A DNA stretch of 63,766 nt, filler included, from Craspedostauros australis (Eukaryota), in NCBI GenBank assembly GCA_030167865.1. It is 21 parts of 21 records of this genome, joined end to end, with 100 filler letters (N's around TTAATTAATTAA, not from the genome) between each part and the next. Parts side by side here need not be neighbours in the genome. Positions count along the whole stretch, not along the records: positions 22,101 to 26,911 come from JALAGF010005061.1; positions 27,012 to 28,891 come from JALAGF010005062.1; positions 28,992 to 32,919 come from JALAGF010005063.1; positions 33,020 to 34,812 come from JALAGF010005064.1; positions 34,913 to 36,902 come from JALAGF010005065.1; 16 more parts are not named here. One strand, given 5' to 3'. Below are positions 22,101 to 35,681 of this stretch, one piece after another. The first letter of the stretch is position 1. Each line of letters opens with the position of its first letter. The position numbers and the translations under genes were made by a program. Under the pieces are notes generated by a model that was not told the DNA's origin, searched no databases, and saw nothing but the letters and a program-made list of their open reading frames with translations.

Positions 22101-25100
22101 GTCAGGGCTTCGTCTGGTTGATGATCCATCCCGTTGGGACAGTTCATGTAGATCTCCTCGTCGAGGTCTCCATGTAGGAATGCCATTACGACATCGACGA
22201 GTGCGCAGTCCATTTTCTTGATCAGCATGATCACCATCATGACCTGATAGGTCACGTCGTGGATGACTGGTGAGTAATGCTCTTGGAAGTCTACTCCTGC
22301 GACTTGTGAATAGCCACATGCAACGAGCCGTGCTCGATGTGTGCCATCACGCNNNNNNNNNNNNNNNNNNNNNNNNNNNNNNNNNNNNNNNNNNNNNNNN
22401 NNNNNNNNNNNNNNNNNNNNNNNNNNNNNNNNNNNNNNNNNNNNNNNNNNNNNNNNNNNNNNNNNNNNNNNNNNTCGATGGATGGGATCTGGGTGATTGA
22501 AGGCTCCGTCGAACGTTGTAGGTTCGATGTGCTTCTCTGGTTCCTTGTTCTCGTCCTGTATCGATAATCCGATATCGATCGCTGGTGTCTCGGTAATGAT
22601 TGCGTTCATTCCATATACTCCTGTTGTACTATGGTGAGTGATCTCGATTTCTCCTTCATCCATGACTTCTTCATCATCTGTAGTTTCGTTGTTGGAATCA
22701 TCGATCATCTCGTCGCTGAGTTCGTCACTCGCCTCATTGGATGATGGATCGCTCTCATAGCCTTCTTCCTTTCGNNNNNNNNNNNNNNNNNNNNNNNNNN
22801 NNNNNNNNNNNNNNNNNNNNNNNNNNNNNNNNNNNNNNNNNNNNNNNNNTTCTCCCTTCCTGCCTCGTGCTTCGTGACGTCGGATCCTCTCCTTTCTAGC
22901 TATGTCACGCTTGCTTGGTTTGCTCGGTGGAGGTCTAGATGATGTGTCATGTGTAGACCTCGCTGGTGTATTCGGAGGGGTGACGCCTATCTCATCATCG
23001 GCTTCGTCGCCGGAGGGTAGGATTTCGTCATCCTCATGATTGGATTCGCTCCGATCTGCCTCCTCGTTGTGGACTGGTTGCGTCACTACTCCGTCATCCT
23101 CATTACCCTCATCATCGCTGTCTGATAGGATGTAGTACCTGTTGCTGTCAGCGAAAGATACTCTCTTCGCTTCTGCTGTTTGACGCGTTGCCGTCCTTGG
23201 CGTTGCTCCCTTCCGTTCGATGGTTGTGAAGCCGTCTGCGTCCGTTGTTCCTGTTTCGTTGGATATGTTTGGTGCTGGTGCCCAGCCACAGAACTGTCTG
23301 TATGATTGGTTGAGCCACTTGATGTCCCGTGAACAGATGAGTGACTTGGTCGATGGTCTGTACATGTTGTAGACTCCTGATGCATGTTGGTGTGCATATC
23401 CNATGAACACCATCTCTTCTCCTCTGTTCTTGAGNTTGGCGGTGATCCCGCCGTAGGTAGTCTTCACAACACCCACCTCTCCAAACGTGCGGAGTGCATC
23501 CGCATATGGTGGATCGTTACCGAAGAATTGTCGATGTGGTGACTCCTTCTGGTTCTTCGCTACGGTGATATTGGCGATGGCGGTGGCAGTGCTAGCAGCT
23601 GCTGCCCACAGGCCATGCCTATACTCTTCGTCGAGCTGTGCTCCGTTGAGCATGGAGCGGATCTTGGTGTAGAGGTACGCGAACTTGCGTTCTACTCTGC
23701 CATTCTGTTGCGGCGTGTTCAATGCCATGTATTCGAATTTCACGTTGAGTCCTGCATCGATGAGAATATCCTGCGTGGACTTGTTCTCTCCGCTGTTGTC
23801 ACCTCGGAAGATGATCTGTTGGTCACCANNNNNNNNNNNNNNNNNNNNNNNNNNNNNNNNNNNNNNNNNNNNNNNNNNNNNNNNNNNNNNNNNNNNNNNN
23901 NNNNNNNNNNNNNNNNNNNNNNNNNNNNNNNNNNNNGTCCAGTAGCGTTTATCTCCGAAGCTTATGTGTTTAGTGTAACTAATGTCAATGAAGAGCCGTT
24001 CGCCACGGCGAGTTGCTCTTGGAATGGCTGCCTTCGGGATGTTCTTCACTCTTGCGTTCGCGACCGCGCAGTCGCGACATACCAGCATCTCGCCAATGAT
24101 CTTCCATCCGTACTGAGCGGCCGTCCGCTTCATGGTCTCGAGTGGCGCGTGGCCGAGCATTCGGTGCANNNNNNNNNNNNNNNNNNNNNNNNNNNNNNNN
24201 NNNNNNNNNNNNNNNNNNTCTCGAGTGGCGCGTGGCCGAGCATTCGGTGCAGGTTCACCGCGCTGATCTCCTTGGATGGATTCTTGACGATGGCTGTGCA
24301 AGTCTTGTCGTCGTCTGTTGGCATGATGGGATGCATCTGCACTCCCGTGATGAATCTGTTGGATGTAGGGAAGACTCGATCGAACACGATCTTCGTTCCG
24401 GATCCATTGATGATGTCCATCAGAATGCCGTTGTTACCAAGCTGGTAACTGTTGTACAGAGCCTTGTTCGTGGAGAAAAGGTTCACCACCATTTTTGGTG
24501 TGTACTTCACGTCATCGAGCCGGATGATGTGGCCAGTGTTGTCTCGTTGCTTGACCTTCAAGCAAATGGATCCCATTTTGGGAGAGTCCAGCTTCGTGCT
24601 GTCTCCCACTTGGACGAAGGACTTGATATGCCGCACGTTGAAGAGGGCGGCGTCTGAGTTGACGATGTGACACGAAGCTCCACTGTCGGCAAGCCAGGTG
24701 TCCTTGTTGACCTTGTCTTTGTATCGAGTGCTCAGCTCGTGGAGCTGCTCCACAGCTGCCGCAGCTGTATCGGTCATGACGTCGTCTTCGTCTTCTTCGT
24801 CGACGTGGACTCCATATTCGTTCCATGGGTTCTCGTGATGCTCGTCGTCTGTCTCATCGGGTAGCTGCGCGTAGCCCGATGGAATAGTGTTGCTTCGATG
24901 TGATCCTGTGGCTGGATCGTATGGGTGGACGCGTGATCGCTCGCGTAAGAGCACGCGCATGCATCCTCCAAGGATGTAATGCAGATCCGTCTCTGGGATC
25001 GTTTCTGAGTTATTCGCTTCCAGTACGCGGTTAATGATGATCGCATTGACAAGGATCTCTTCGATTGATTCGAAGTGCTCGGATAAGATGGATCCCATCA

Positions 25101-26911
25101 TGTTCACCCATATCGGTCTGAGCACTCCTCGTGCGGTTCCTGAAAACAGTCGCATCCCCGCTTCCATTACGGCGTCAAAGATGAGCTGCTTTTGGATTAT
25201 CAATGCTGTTGCTGTTGCATTTGGGATGGTGGTGTGACGGAGGAGGTAGTCGACGCTGTTGGGGTCCTCAATAGGTGGGAAGTCGATGTTCCCTGGGTAG
25301 ACGACACGCTCGTTTGGGTTGAAGCTGTTGTCCGGATGATCTTCGGTTTTGTCGCTGTCATCTTCGTCAAAGATGCCCGATCTGTTGTTCCCCGCTGCTG
25401 GAGGAGGCGGCGCTGCGCCGCGGTTTGTTTCGTCTTGTCCTCTGTTGGTGAAGATTCCCGTTCTCTCGTATCTCCCTACTTGCGGAGAAGGCACCTCGTC
25501 GCGGTTCACCTCGTCGTCTTCATCTGCGCCGTCCTCGTCGGCGTCGTCGTCGTCATCGCTCATGGCCTCTTCGATGTCGCTATCGTTGGCCTCGTTGTCC
25601 ATCTCAGCTTCGTCGCCGTATGAACCGATCAGGTTGTTTGCGTTGAAGCAGCATTCGTAGCTCACTTCGCGTCTTGGATCCACCTCGTGGATGATTGGCT
25701 CCTCGCTGAGCCACTCCGGGATGATCTCATCATCCTGCACTTCGTCGTCACTCCCGACGTATTCGAAGTTATCGAAGAAGGAGTCTTCGATGTAGTCGTC
25801 GGACACCGACATGCAGAGCGGCATGTCCTTTGCAGAGAGTACCATCTCGTGCCCGCTCTTGTCGTGTCCTTCCATTGCTGTGTTGGCCTGTTCGTCGGCC
25901 TTCTTCTTCTCATTGAACTTCTTCTTTTGGCACTCCGCCTCGCGATGTCCGAAGATGCCGCAGTAGTTGCACTTTCCGTTGAAGCCGCTTCCTTTGTTGC
26001 GGTTGTTGTTGCGCTTTCCGTTCATCTTGTTGTTGTTATTGTTTTTCTTGTTGTTCGATTTCTTGCGTTCTGGGCAATCGGCGGATCTGTGACCATACAC
26101 ACCACAGTTGTGGCAGGTCCCCTTGAAGTTACCGGTGCTCGCGAAGCCGGTGTCGTTGCTCTTCGTGTTACTGTCTTGGAAGTCGTCGATGTACGCCTTG
26201 CCTCCTTGATGAGTGGCGTATGCTGTTCGGAGTACTCCTCTGATCGTGTTGATGGTGACCAGTTCCGGATTGAACGTGAGTTGATGTTGGAAGTTCACGA
26301 TGTGGGTTCTGTATTCCACGCTCACCGTGCTGAGGATCTGCATGATCATCTCTTCGTCTGTAATCGTGTACTTGACATCGTGGAGACGCGATCGTAGACC
26401 CTCGAGTCGTGTGATGTAGATGTCGGGGTCCGAGTCTTTCTTCATCTTTTCGTTGTTAAACTGACGTTTGAGTTTGATCTTTGTTGCTGCGTCGGATGGA
26501 CGGAACTTCTCCGCGAGAACGTTCCACGCTGCGTGTGGATCTCCTTCGGGGTAGTCGTCGGAGACGCATTGGTTGATGTACTGGATGGCTTGCTTGCCTT
26601 TTCCTTTCTCTGCATCCATCATGAGGATCAGATCACTGAAGCAGTCGCATCCCAGCTCGTAGATCTCCTCCATCGCTTCCTTGGCTTCGTCGGTGGCTGC
26701 CGCGATCTCGCTCACTGTTGGTATCTTGGTCTTGCCCAACATCACGTCTCTCGTCTTCTGTGCACAAGCGTATGCCTTCGCTTGGGACTCCCATGCGCTG
26801 TAGTCTTCCTGTTCACTGCTGAACATCGGTGCCTTGATGCGTCGCTTGTTCATGTTGGCTGATGTCGCCATGTTGATTTGTTGTTTCGTTGTTGGTGCGC
26901 TCGCGCCCTTG
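22101..26911 (-). mobile_element. Ty1/copia family A, copy 3: gag, two zinc knuckles, extra domain, protease, integrase and RT N-part; no stops in the sequenced parts
   Basis: ORFs 24130-26871 and 22049-24301 are joined across an overlap gap. Motifs DSGAS, HRMLGH, GDNSGEN, QQNGRVER, FGEVGVV, RARLVACGYSQVAGVDF, AFLHGDLDEEIYM. Confidence 0.95.
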
Positions 26912-27011
26912 NNNNNNNNNNNNNNNNNNNNNNNNNNNNNNNNNNNNNNNNNNNNTTAATTAATTAANNNNNNNNNNNNNNNNNNNNNNNNNNNNNNNNN
27001 NNNNNNNNNNN

Positions 27012-28891
27012 CAAATTTAAGTGCTAAGTACATTGTTTAAACCTTGAAGACTTTTAATCCGCCCATTTTACTTGTTTGTAACCCTCGTCCGCGCCGTAAG
27101 TCTCCCGTCTAAAAAATCCTTAAACTTTTTTAAACTTGCAAAATGCCATCAACCCAAATTTATTCTAAAATCGGACTAAATGATTAAAATCAACTAGCAA
27201 TTCTTCTAATTTAATAATAAATTAACTCTAGAAAATTTTANNNNNNNNNNNNNNNNNNNNNNNNNNNNNNNNNNNNNNNNNNNNNNNNNNNNNNNNNNNN
27301 NNNNNNNNNNNNNNNNNNNNNNNNNNNNNNNNNNNNNNNNNNNNNNNNNNNNNNNNNNNNNNNNNNNNNNNNNNNNNNNNNNNNNNNNNNNNNNNNNNNN
27401 NNNNNNNNNNNNNNNNNNNNNNNNNNNNNNNNNNNNNNNNNNNNNNNNNNNNNNNNNNNNNNNNNNNNNNNNNNNNNNNNNNNNNNNNNNNNNNNNNNNA
27501 AAAAACATTAAATCTTAAAAATCACTCATAAATGTATTAAATTTACTAAGATCTATATGATACACTTATGTAAGTCAAATACGCGCATAATAACTCAAAA
27601 CACGGCATAATACTTTTAGTTACATTTGCCCGTGTGCGATCTTAAGTTTTAAACCATTTCTAAACAATAAAAAAAAAATTAAATTTCTATTTCACAAAAA
27701 ATGAAACAATTCGTCAAGATCGTCTTGGAAAAACTAATACATATTTCAANNNNNNNNNNNNNNNNNNNNNNNNNNNNNNNNNNNNNNNNNNNNNNNNNNA
27801 TAAACGTCTCTAACGAAAAATCACATAATCAATAAAAACACTCACATACGGCCTAGCAATATAAAGTATAACTATACTTATATTAAATATAACATATATT
27901 ATCACCCAAATCACCCTCATTAACATTAAAATTTTCACTAATTCCTTTAAAACAATCGATTGAATAGAATGCTCCCATTTCTAATTTGTATGTTTATATA
28001 GATACATTAAAGCAATTCTATACCACTATATCCTTTTATGAATTCGTCAAATTTGAGTGCTAAGTACATTATTTAAACCTTGAAGGCTTTGAATCCGTCA
28101 ATTTTACTTGTTTGTAACCTTAGTTCGTAACATAAGTCTTCCGTCTAAAAAATCTTTAAAGTTCTTTGAATTTACAAAAAGTGCCATCAACCCAAATTTG
28201 TTTTAAAATCGAACTAAATGATTAAAATCAACTAGCGATTCTTTTAATTTAATAACAAATTAACTCTAGAAAATTTTACCGCCGCCATTCCAATAATCAC
28301 ATCTATCCTTCATGCTTGATTTCAACTACAATTTCATACAAAACTTGATAGTGACACCTTTTTTTATCAAAATTCACACAAAATCTAATAAAAAGACATA
28401 TCAAAGATCCTTAACTAAGATAGAATACTTTTAGTCACATTTGCCTGCCTGTGATCTTAAGTTTTAAATCATTCCTAAATAATAAAAAAAGATTAAATTT
28501 CTATTTCACAAAAAATGAAACAATTCGTCAGGACCGTTTTGGAAAAACTAATACATACTTTAACTTAATAACTATAAACGTCTTTAACGAAAAACTACAT
28601 AATCAATAAAAACACTCACATACGAACTATCGATATAAAATATAACCATACTTATATTAAATATAACATATATTATCACCCAAATCACCCTCATTAACAT
28701 TAAAAAAAACATTAATTCCCTTAAAACAGTCGATTGAATAAAATGCTCTCATGTCTAATTTAGATAATTATGTAGATACATTGAAGCAATTTTATACTAC
28801 TATGTCCTTTTATGAATTCGTCAAATTTGAGTACTAAGTACCATTATTTGAACCTTGAAGACTTTGAATCCGCCGATTTTACTTGTTTGTA
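27012..28891. repeat. AT-rich tandem repeat, unit about 774 bp, about 2.1 diverged units
   Basis: CAAATTTRAGTRCTAAGTAC recurs at 27012, 28048 and 28822 with long collinear similarity between units; no ORFs. Confidence 0.88.
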
Positions 28892-28991
28892 NNNNNNNNN
28901 NNNNNNNNNNNNNNNNNNNNNNNNNNNNNNNNNNNTTAATTAATTAANNNNNNNNNNNNNNNNNNNNNNNNNNNNNNNNNNNNNNNNNNNN

Positions 28992-31900
28992 GTCGTTCTC
29001 TTCGTTCGATTCATTTTCCCCTTGGGCAGGGAGCAAGCTATCTTGCCCTCGCGCAGCGTCATCAGTATCTTCTATCTCTTTGGCTCTGCTGCTGCGATCC
29101 GCGTCGTCGGCCTCCATGCTTCTGATGGTCTCCGATCGTCGCTCCCAAGTTGTTCTCGTAGCTCGGGTGTTTATTCCCGACGTAGAGTCGTCATCTTCTA
29201 GATCTATCAGCACAGATCTGTTGGCATTCTCGATACCNNNNNNNNNNNNNNNNNNNNNNNNNNNNNNNNNNNNNNNNNNNNNNNNNNCTCTGGGATTGGG
29301 TCGTTGTTGTACCCGGCGAGAGCGCTCAGCATCCTTGGTATGCGTGTTACAGGTTCTGCGACAGGGGTGTCGTTGGGCTCTTTCTCGGCCGCTTCGTCTA
29401 CCTTCCCCTCGTCGTCCCTTCCGAATTCATCGTCGTTCTCTTCGTTCGATTCATTTTCCCCTTGGGCAGGGAGCAAGCTATCTTGCCCTCGCGCAGCGTC
29501 ATCNNNNNNNNNNNNNNNNNNNNNNNNNNNNNNNNNNNNNNNNNNNNNNNNNNNNNNNNNNNNNNNNNNNNNNNNNNNNNNNNNNNNNNNNNNNNNNNNN
29601 NNNNNNNNNNNNNNNNNNNNNNNNNNNNNNNNNNNNNNNAGATCTATCAGCACAGATCTGTTGGCATTCTCGATACCTCTGAATTGCCCGTATGACTGAT
29701 TCATCCATGTCACGTCTCTCGTGAATAGGATCTTTGTTGTTGCGAGATTCAGCATTCGATCTACTCCCTTAGCGTGCGACTGGCCGTAGCCGACGAACAT
29801 GGCTGGTCTGGATCTATCGTCCAGCTTAGCCTTTATCGTACGACCGCCGATGTATACCATGCCTATTTCTCCGAATTTTCGTAATCCATCCACGAANNNN
29901 NNNNNNNNNNNNNNNNNNNNNNNNNNNNNNNNNNNNNNNNNNNNNNNNNNNNNNNNNTTTTCGAGCTGAGTCGCGGTTCGGGCTGCCTCCGCCCACAATT
30001 TTCCACGCACTGTTCTCGGTAGATGCGTTTGGTTGAGCATGGAGCGGACTTTCCCGTACAGCGTTGCGAATTTTCTTTCCACGCGACCATTCTGTTGGGG
30101 AGTGGAGGCTGCAGTATATTCGAATGTTGGACCGAACCCTGTGTTGAGAAGCTGTTTTTCCGTGGCATAATTCTCTCCCGCGTTGTCACATCTGATATTT
30201 TTCACATGAGCCTGTTGGTTGGAGTGAAGCCATCGGAGGAGCGTGATCAGCTTTTCTCCGACTTCACTTTTCTCTTTCAAAAAGTAGCTCCAGCAGTAAT
30301 CACTGTANNNNNNNNNNNNNNNNNNNNNNNNNNNNNNNNNNNNNNNNNNNNNNNNNNNNNNNNNNNNNNNNNNNNNNNNNNNNNNNNNNNNNNNNNNNNN
30401 NNNNNNNNNNNNNNNNNNNNNNNNNNNNNNNNNNNNNNNNNNNNNNNNNNNNNNNNNNNNNNNNNNNGCATGCAACTTGCCTGTGACATTCCAACCGTAT
30501 CGTCCCGCTGTGCGAGAGATCGTGTAAGTGTCAACATGGCCTAACATTTTATGAATTTGGTTGATGTCCACTGCGGACTTGGTGGACACGCCGACATTGG
30601 CTTGGTCTTTGTGGGGAGGGGCGCTGATCATGTTCACTCCACTCACGAAACCGCTATGGGTTGNNNNNNNNNNNNNNNNNNNNNNNNNNNNNNNNNNNNN
30701 NNNNNNNNNNNNNATTTTTCACATGTGCCTGTTGGTTGGAGTGAAGCCATCGGAGGAGCGTGATCAGCTTTTCTCCGACTTCACTTTTCTCTTTCAAGAA
30801 GTAGCTCCAGCAGTAATCACTGTAATCATCGATGACAAGGAGCCAATATTTTCCTTGACCGTAGCTGTGCGTTTGAACACTCGATGTATCAATGAACAAC
30901 CGCTCACCAATTTCTTTTGCTCGGCGCTGCAGGCGTTTTGTCATTGACTTCTGCTTCTGTTTTCCNATTGCGCANTCAATGCATGCATGCAACTTGCCTG
31001 TGACATTCCAACNGTATCGTCCCGCTGTGCGAGAGATCGTGTAAGTGTCAACATGGCCTAACATTTTATGAATTTGGTTGATGTCCACCGCGGACCTGGT
31101 GGACACGCCGACATTGGCTTGGTCTTCGTGGGGAGGGGCATTGATCATGTTCACTCCACTCACGAAACCGCTATGGGTTGCCATGAGTCTGTCGAACGTG
31201 ATGCGTTGACCGCGCTTCTCCAAGCTCATCACGACACCTTGGTTGCTGATGTCGAAGCCGTTCTCGAGAGCTTTGTTGATGCTCAAGAGGTTCACCCACA
31301 GGTTGGGCACGAACTTCACTTGCTTGAGCACGATGGTAGCTTGGTTCCCGTTCTTCTGCATCACGACCATGCGTTTATCGCCAACCTTCGTTGCCTTGAG
31401 GTATCGGCCGCTGCCGATCTTGATGGAGTGGTTGGCCACTCGCACGTTAATCATTCCCTCTTCGCTATTGGTGAGGTGGCATGAGGCACCGGAGTCACCC
31501 AGCCACGTGTTTGCTTCGTGGTGGTCGGGGGCGATGGTGTGGCGGAGTGCGCTTGCTTCTTCGAGGTCACCGATCACCATGGCCATGTCTGGTTGAGCGT
31601 CTTGGTGGTCACCGATCACCATGGCCATGTCTGGTTGAGCATCGGCCGCTCGGTAGATGGGGAGTTGGTTGAACTCCTCAGGGTCTCGGACTCCTTGGTC
31701 ACTTGGATGATGCATCCACATCAGCATCTCTGCGGCGTGCTGAACCAGGCTGTCGATGAGCCCTCGGTGGATCGGTGGTAAGTTGAGCTCCTCAAGCCTT
31801 GCGTTGATGTGTTGCACGGCTTGCACCAATTGCATTGGCGTGAACACGTCGATGCGGTGCATCATGTAGTAGAGTGTGCGAGGGTTCAGGCTTTCTCCTC

Positions 31901-32919
31901 CTCCTTCGGTGTACGCATGCGCTGCGTCGCAGCACAGTAGAGCGAGTTCAGAGCGCACTTCATCAGCGACCATAATGTTACTGAGAGAGTATCTCATTGC
32001 GACATGCAAAGGTCCTGCAGTCCAGAGCTTCTGGCGGCGCGTCATGATGTCTTGGATTGTTGTTGGCACCGCCCTTGCAGGGGGGTTTGCCAGTTGGATG
32101 AGGAACGGCGAGTTACGGCAGGTCTTGCACATGGCGTAGAGAGGGCCGCGCTGAAANNNNNNNNNNNNNNNNNNNNNNNNNNNNNNNNNNNNNNNNNNNN
32201 NNNNNNNNNNNNNNNNNNNNNNNNNNNNNNNNNNNNNNNNNNNNNNNNNNNNNNNNNNNNNNNNNNNNNNNNNNNNNNNNNNNNNNNNNNNNNNNNNNNN
32301 NNNNNNNNNNNNNNNNNTGAGGGGTTCATCCTCGTAGACGATCCCTTCGAAGAGATTGTCTTCGTCGGTGTAATCGTCTTCATCGCTTGATGGGAATTGC
32401 TCGCGGTTGATAGTCTCAACTGCAGCAACAGGGGGCCCGTAGTATCCGTACACACTTGGGGTGTGAGCCTCTCGTTCCTCTTCGGAGTACTCGTCCTCTT
32501 CTTCGAGGTCGAGTCCGGTCATGTCTTCGTCGGTGGTTGCGAGGGCCATGTCGTTGATGAACGACTCGTAGTGCGCCATGTTGGTGGTGTTGATTGTTTG
32601 GTTTTTCTTGATGTTCGTGATTTCGTCGATTGTCACGATTCTTGGNNNNNNNNNNNNNNNNNNNNNNNNNNNNNNNNNNNNNNNNNNNNNGGTGGGGAAA
32701 CACACCAATTCTTCGTTGTTGACCGACTTGTCTTCGTCGGGTAACCACATTGATTCATCGGTCATCACGAGACCGATTTCGTCTTCTTCGTCGTTAGCGG
32801 GCATCCACATGGGTTCATCTACCACGACGAATGCAGCGTTGTCTGCCGCGGCGTCTTCGGGTAGCCACATCGGTTCCTCGACCATCACGAGGGCGACGTC
32901 GTCTGTTCCGTCCATACCG
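28992..32919 (-). mobile_element. Ty1/copia family B polyprotein fragment (linker repeats, zinc motif plus extra domain, protease, integrase)
   Basis: Motifs WLGDSGASCH, HKMLGH, LFIDTS, IRCDNAGEN, TPQQNGRVERKF, LWAEAA, FVGY. Confidence 0.93.
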
Positions 32920-33019
32920 NNNNNNNNNNNNNNNNNNNNNNNNNNNNNNNNNNNNNNNNNNNNTTAATTAATTAANNNNNNNNNNNNNNNNNNNNNNNNN
33001 NNNNNNNNNNNNNNNNNNN

Positions 33020-34812
33020 CCAGAATCCAAACAACGCCAATCAGTACCCGAACAGCTGATCAACCTGGCGACCTTCTCTCCGCAAACATACGCAGTATGT
33101 GACAGAGGCGCACAATGCTGCGTTATCGGGAACAAGGACCGGGTCTGGAAGATTGACTACATTTACCCGCATCGGACGTACAACATCGTCGGTGCCGTGG
33201 CCAGCACGATGAGGAAGAACAACCTCGCGGTGGTAGACGCAAGTATCNNNNNNNNNNNNNNNNNNNNNNNNNNNNNNNNNNNNNNNNNNNNNNNNNNNNN
33301 NNNNNNNNNNNNNNNNNNNNNNNNNNNNNTCGGGTGACGCTGCTATCCGACCACCAAATTCGGGCCAGTGGAACCGTCCTCGATACGGTTTCGTCGGAAC
33401 ACCGGGCATCGTTTTCGACACCAGGCACAGGCCGACAATGCCTAATGCCTAGCGAAGATACGACGATCAACTTGGAGATGCGTGATGCGCTGATGACGTT
33501 CGATGTCTTCCCCATCATGGAGGACGATGAGGATCTACCCACCTATGACATCACCCCAAAGCAAGGATGGAACCCTTCAGATCACCAAGGAGGACACGTA
33601 TGCAACGTGCCCATGGGTTGCTACCTTACCAGGGACCCAATTGGAGGAGACAAGGTTGTCGACTGGGATGACCACCCTGATGCATCACGTGACGCTGGAG
33701 CAATGGATCCAAGCGCCCACAACGCACCGAAGGATCCCACGGAACCCAGGACACGCCAGGCCATAGACGGTATCCCGGATGATCCCATGAAAAGACGAGA
33801 ACCCATGGACCCCAACGCCCATCATCCAGATGAGCACGCCCCTGGAGACCCCAACCGTGTACACGAAGAGTACCCCAAGGTGGACGCATTCCTTGACACT
33901 CTAAGTCTCGAGGAGCTCATCGGAATGTCACANGCAATNGACACGGTAACGTTCGCGAAATCGGCTACCGACACGGCCATCTCGATCCAAGGCACCCTTT
34001 TCGACATGGTGGACAATCTCTCAGCGGGAGACATCGAGCACCTATACAGGGAGCTGGGCATCGATCGCGAGGCCAACATGGTAGGAACGGACCAAAAGGG
34101 ATACACCGAGCCAACCAACGTTCCATCGACAAAGGTATCAGACCCGGATGACGAGGCAGACAGCGTCATCTCATCCTTACACTCGGTAGGANNNNNNNNN
34201 NNNNNNNNNNNNNNNNNNNNNNNNNNNNNNNNNNNNNNNNNGGACGCATTCCTTGACACTCTAAGTCTCGAGGAGCTCATCGGAATGTCACATGCAATTG
34301 ACACGGTAACGTTCGCGAAATCGGCTACCGACACGGCCATCTCGATCCAAGGCACCCTTTTCGACATGGTGGACAATCTCTCAGCGGGAGACATCGAGCA
34401 CCTATACAGGGAGCTGGGCATCGATCGCGAGGCCAACATGGTAGGAACGGACCAAAAGGGATACACCGAGCCAACCAACGTTCCATCGACAAAGGTATCA
34501 GACCCGGATGACGAGGCAGACAGCGTCATCTCATCCTTACACTCGGTAGGATCTGAACCGGCGTTCCAGAGAAATCGGGAAACATTTCGCATCCCCAACG
34601 AAATCGGCATGACCAAGGCAACACGTGCTGACGCCCACCGGGGAGACCCGCAAAGGGCACCTGAATACCACGGACACATCAAGGGCGAGAACCCCGTTGG
34701 GATCGATGACCTAGGAAAGGACAATCCTATGGACACCATGGACCGACACCCTGCAGAAGCCATGACCGAGTACAGCCACCAAGGGTTCCCCTTCCGAGCC
34801 AAATGGAAGTCC
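33020..34812 (+). mobile_element. CoDi-type Copia pol fragment: aspartic protease and acidic linker
   Basis: The frame from 33022 gives YAVCDRGAQCCVIG (D-R-G-A protease motif), then TLLSDHQIRASG...LPTYDIT...WNP, as seen in diatom CoDi proteases. Confidence 0.7.
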
Positions 34813-35681
34813 NNNNNNNNNNNNNNNNNNNNNNNNNNNNNNNNNNNNNNNNNNNNTTAATTAATTAANNNNNNNNNNNNNNNNNNNNNNNNNNNNNNNN
34901 NNNNNNNNNNNNTACTCGCTGTTGTGTTCCATGCTTGTGCTCGCCCTGGTAGTGGCGTCGTGTAGTAGTAGTAGTCGTTGTTGTTGTTGTTGTTGTCAAC
35001 AAATGGTCGACCATTCATCGTATGCTCTCCTTCCTCACTTCATCTCAACCTGTGCAGTTCATCACATCCGACTAGCAACAACTATTCTCTCCAGCAACAA
35101 CTCCACCATGCCTACCTCTGCCCCTGCCAAGACCCTCTCCAAGNNNNNNNNNNNNNNNNNNNNNNNNNNNNNNNNNNNNNNNNNNNNNNNNNNCCTCATG
35201 AAACTCCTGCTTGTTTCTCAGAAAGTTCTTTGATGTTCTCGTTTATTTATCGTAAGGTACTCAGTCACGGAGACGACGTCGAAGATGTCGTTCGGTTGGT
35301 ACGCGTTAAATACACGTTAGCATCTGCGACATGATCTCACATTTTGCTCGTCACAAAACACATGACACAAAACACATCACACAAAACACATCACACACAC
35401 AACATCATCGACATCCGTTCACAAATTCAAACATCATCGCCACACTTTCGCTCTATTTCGCAACTTTCTTCGCCAATGTCATGCGTACTCGCTGTTGTGT
35501 TCCATGCTTGTGCTCGCCCTGGTAGTGGCGTCGTGTAGTAGTAGTAGTCGTTGATGTTGTTGTTGTTGTCAACAAATGGTCGACCTTTCATCGTATGCTC
35601 TCCTTCCTCACTTCATCTCAACCTGTGCAGTTCATCACATCCACCTAGCAAACAACACTACTCTCCGCCAACAATTCCACC

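Noticed and set aside
33882..34551. Tandem duplications flanking 50-N gaps (also 2845-2988, 14330-14540, 16128-16788, 24130-24250, 45080-46600, 52331-52541, 56810-57545)
   Set aside because: The same sequence ends one contig and starts the next; these are unmerged overlaps or collapsed copies, not evidence of tandem duplication.
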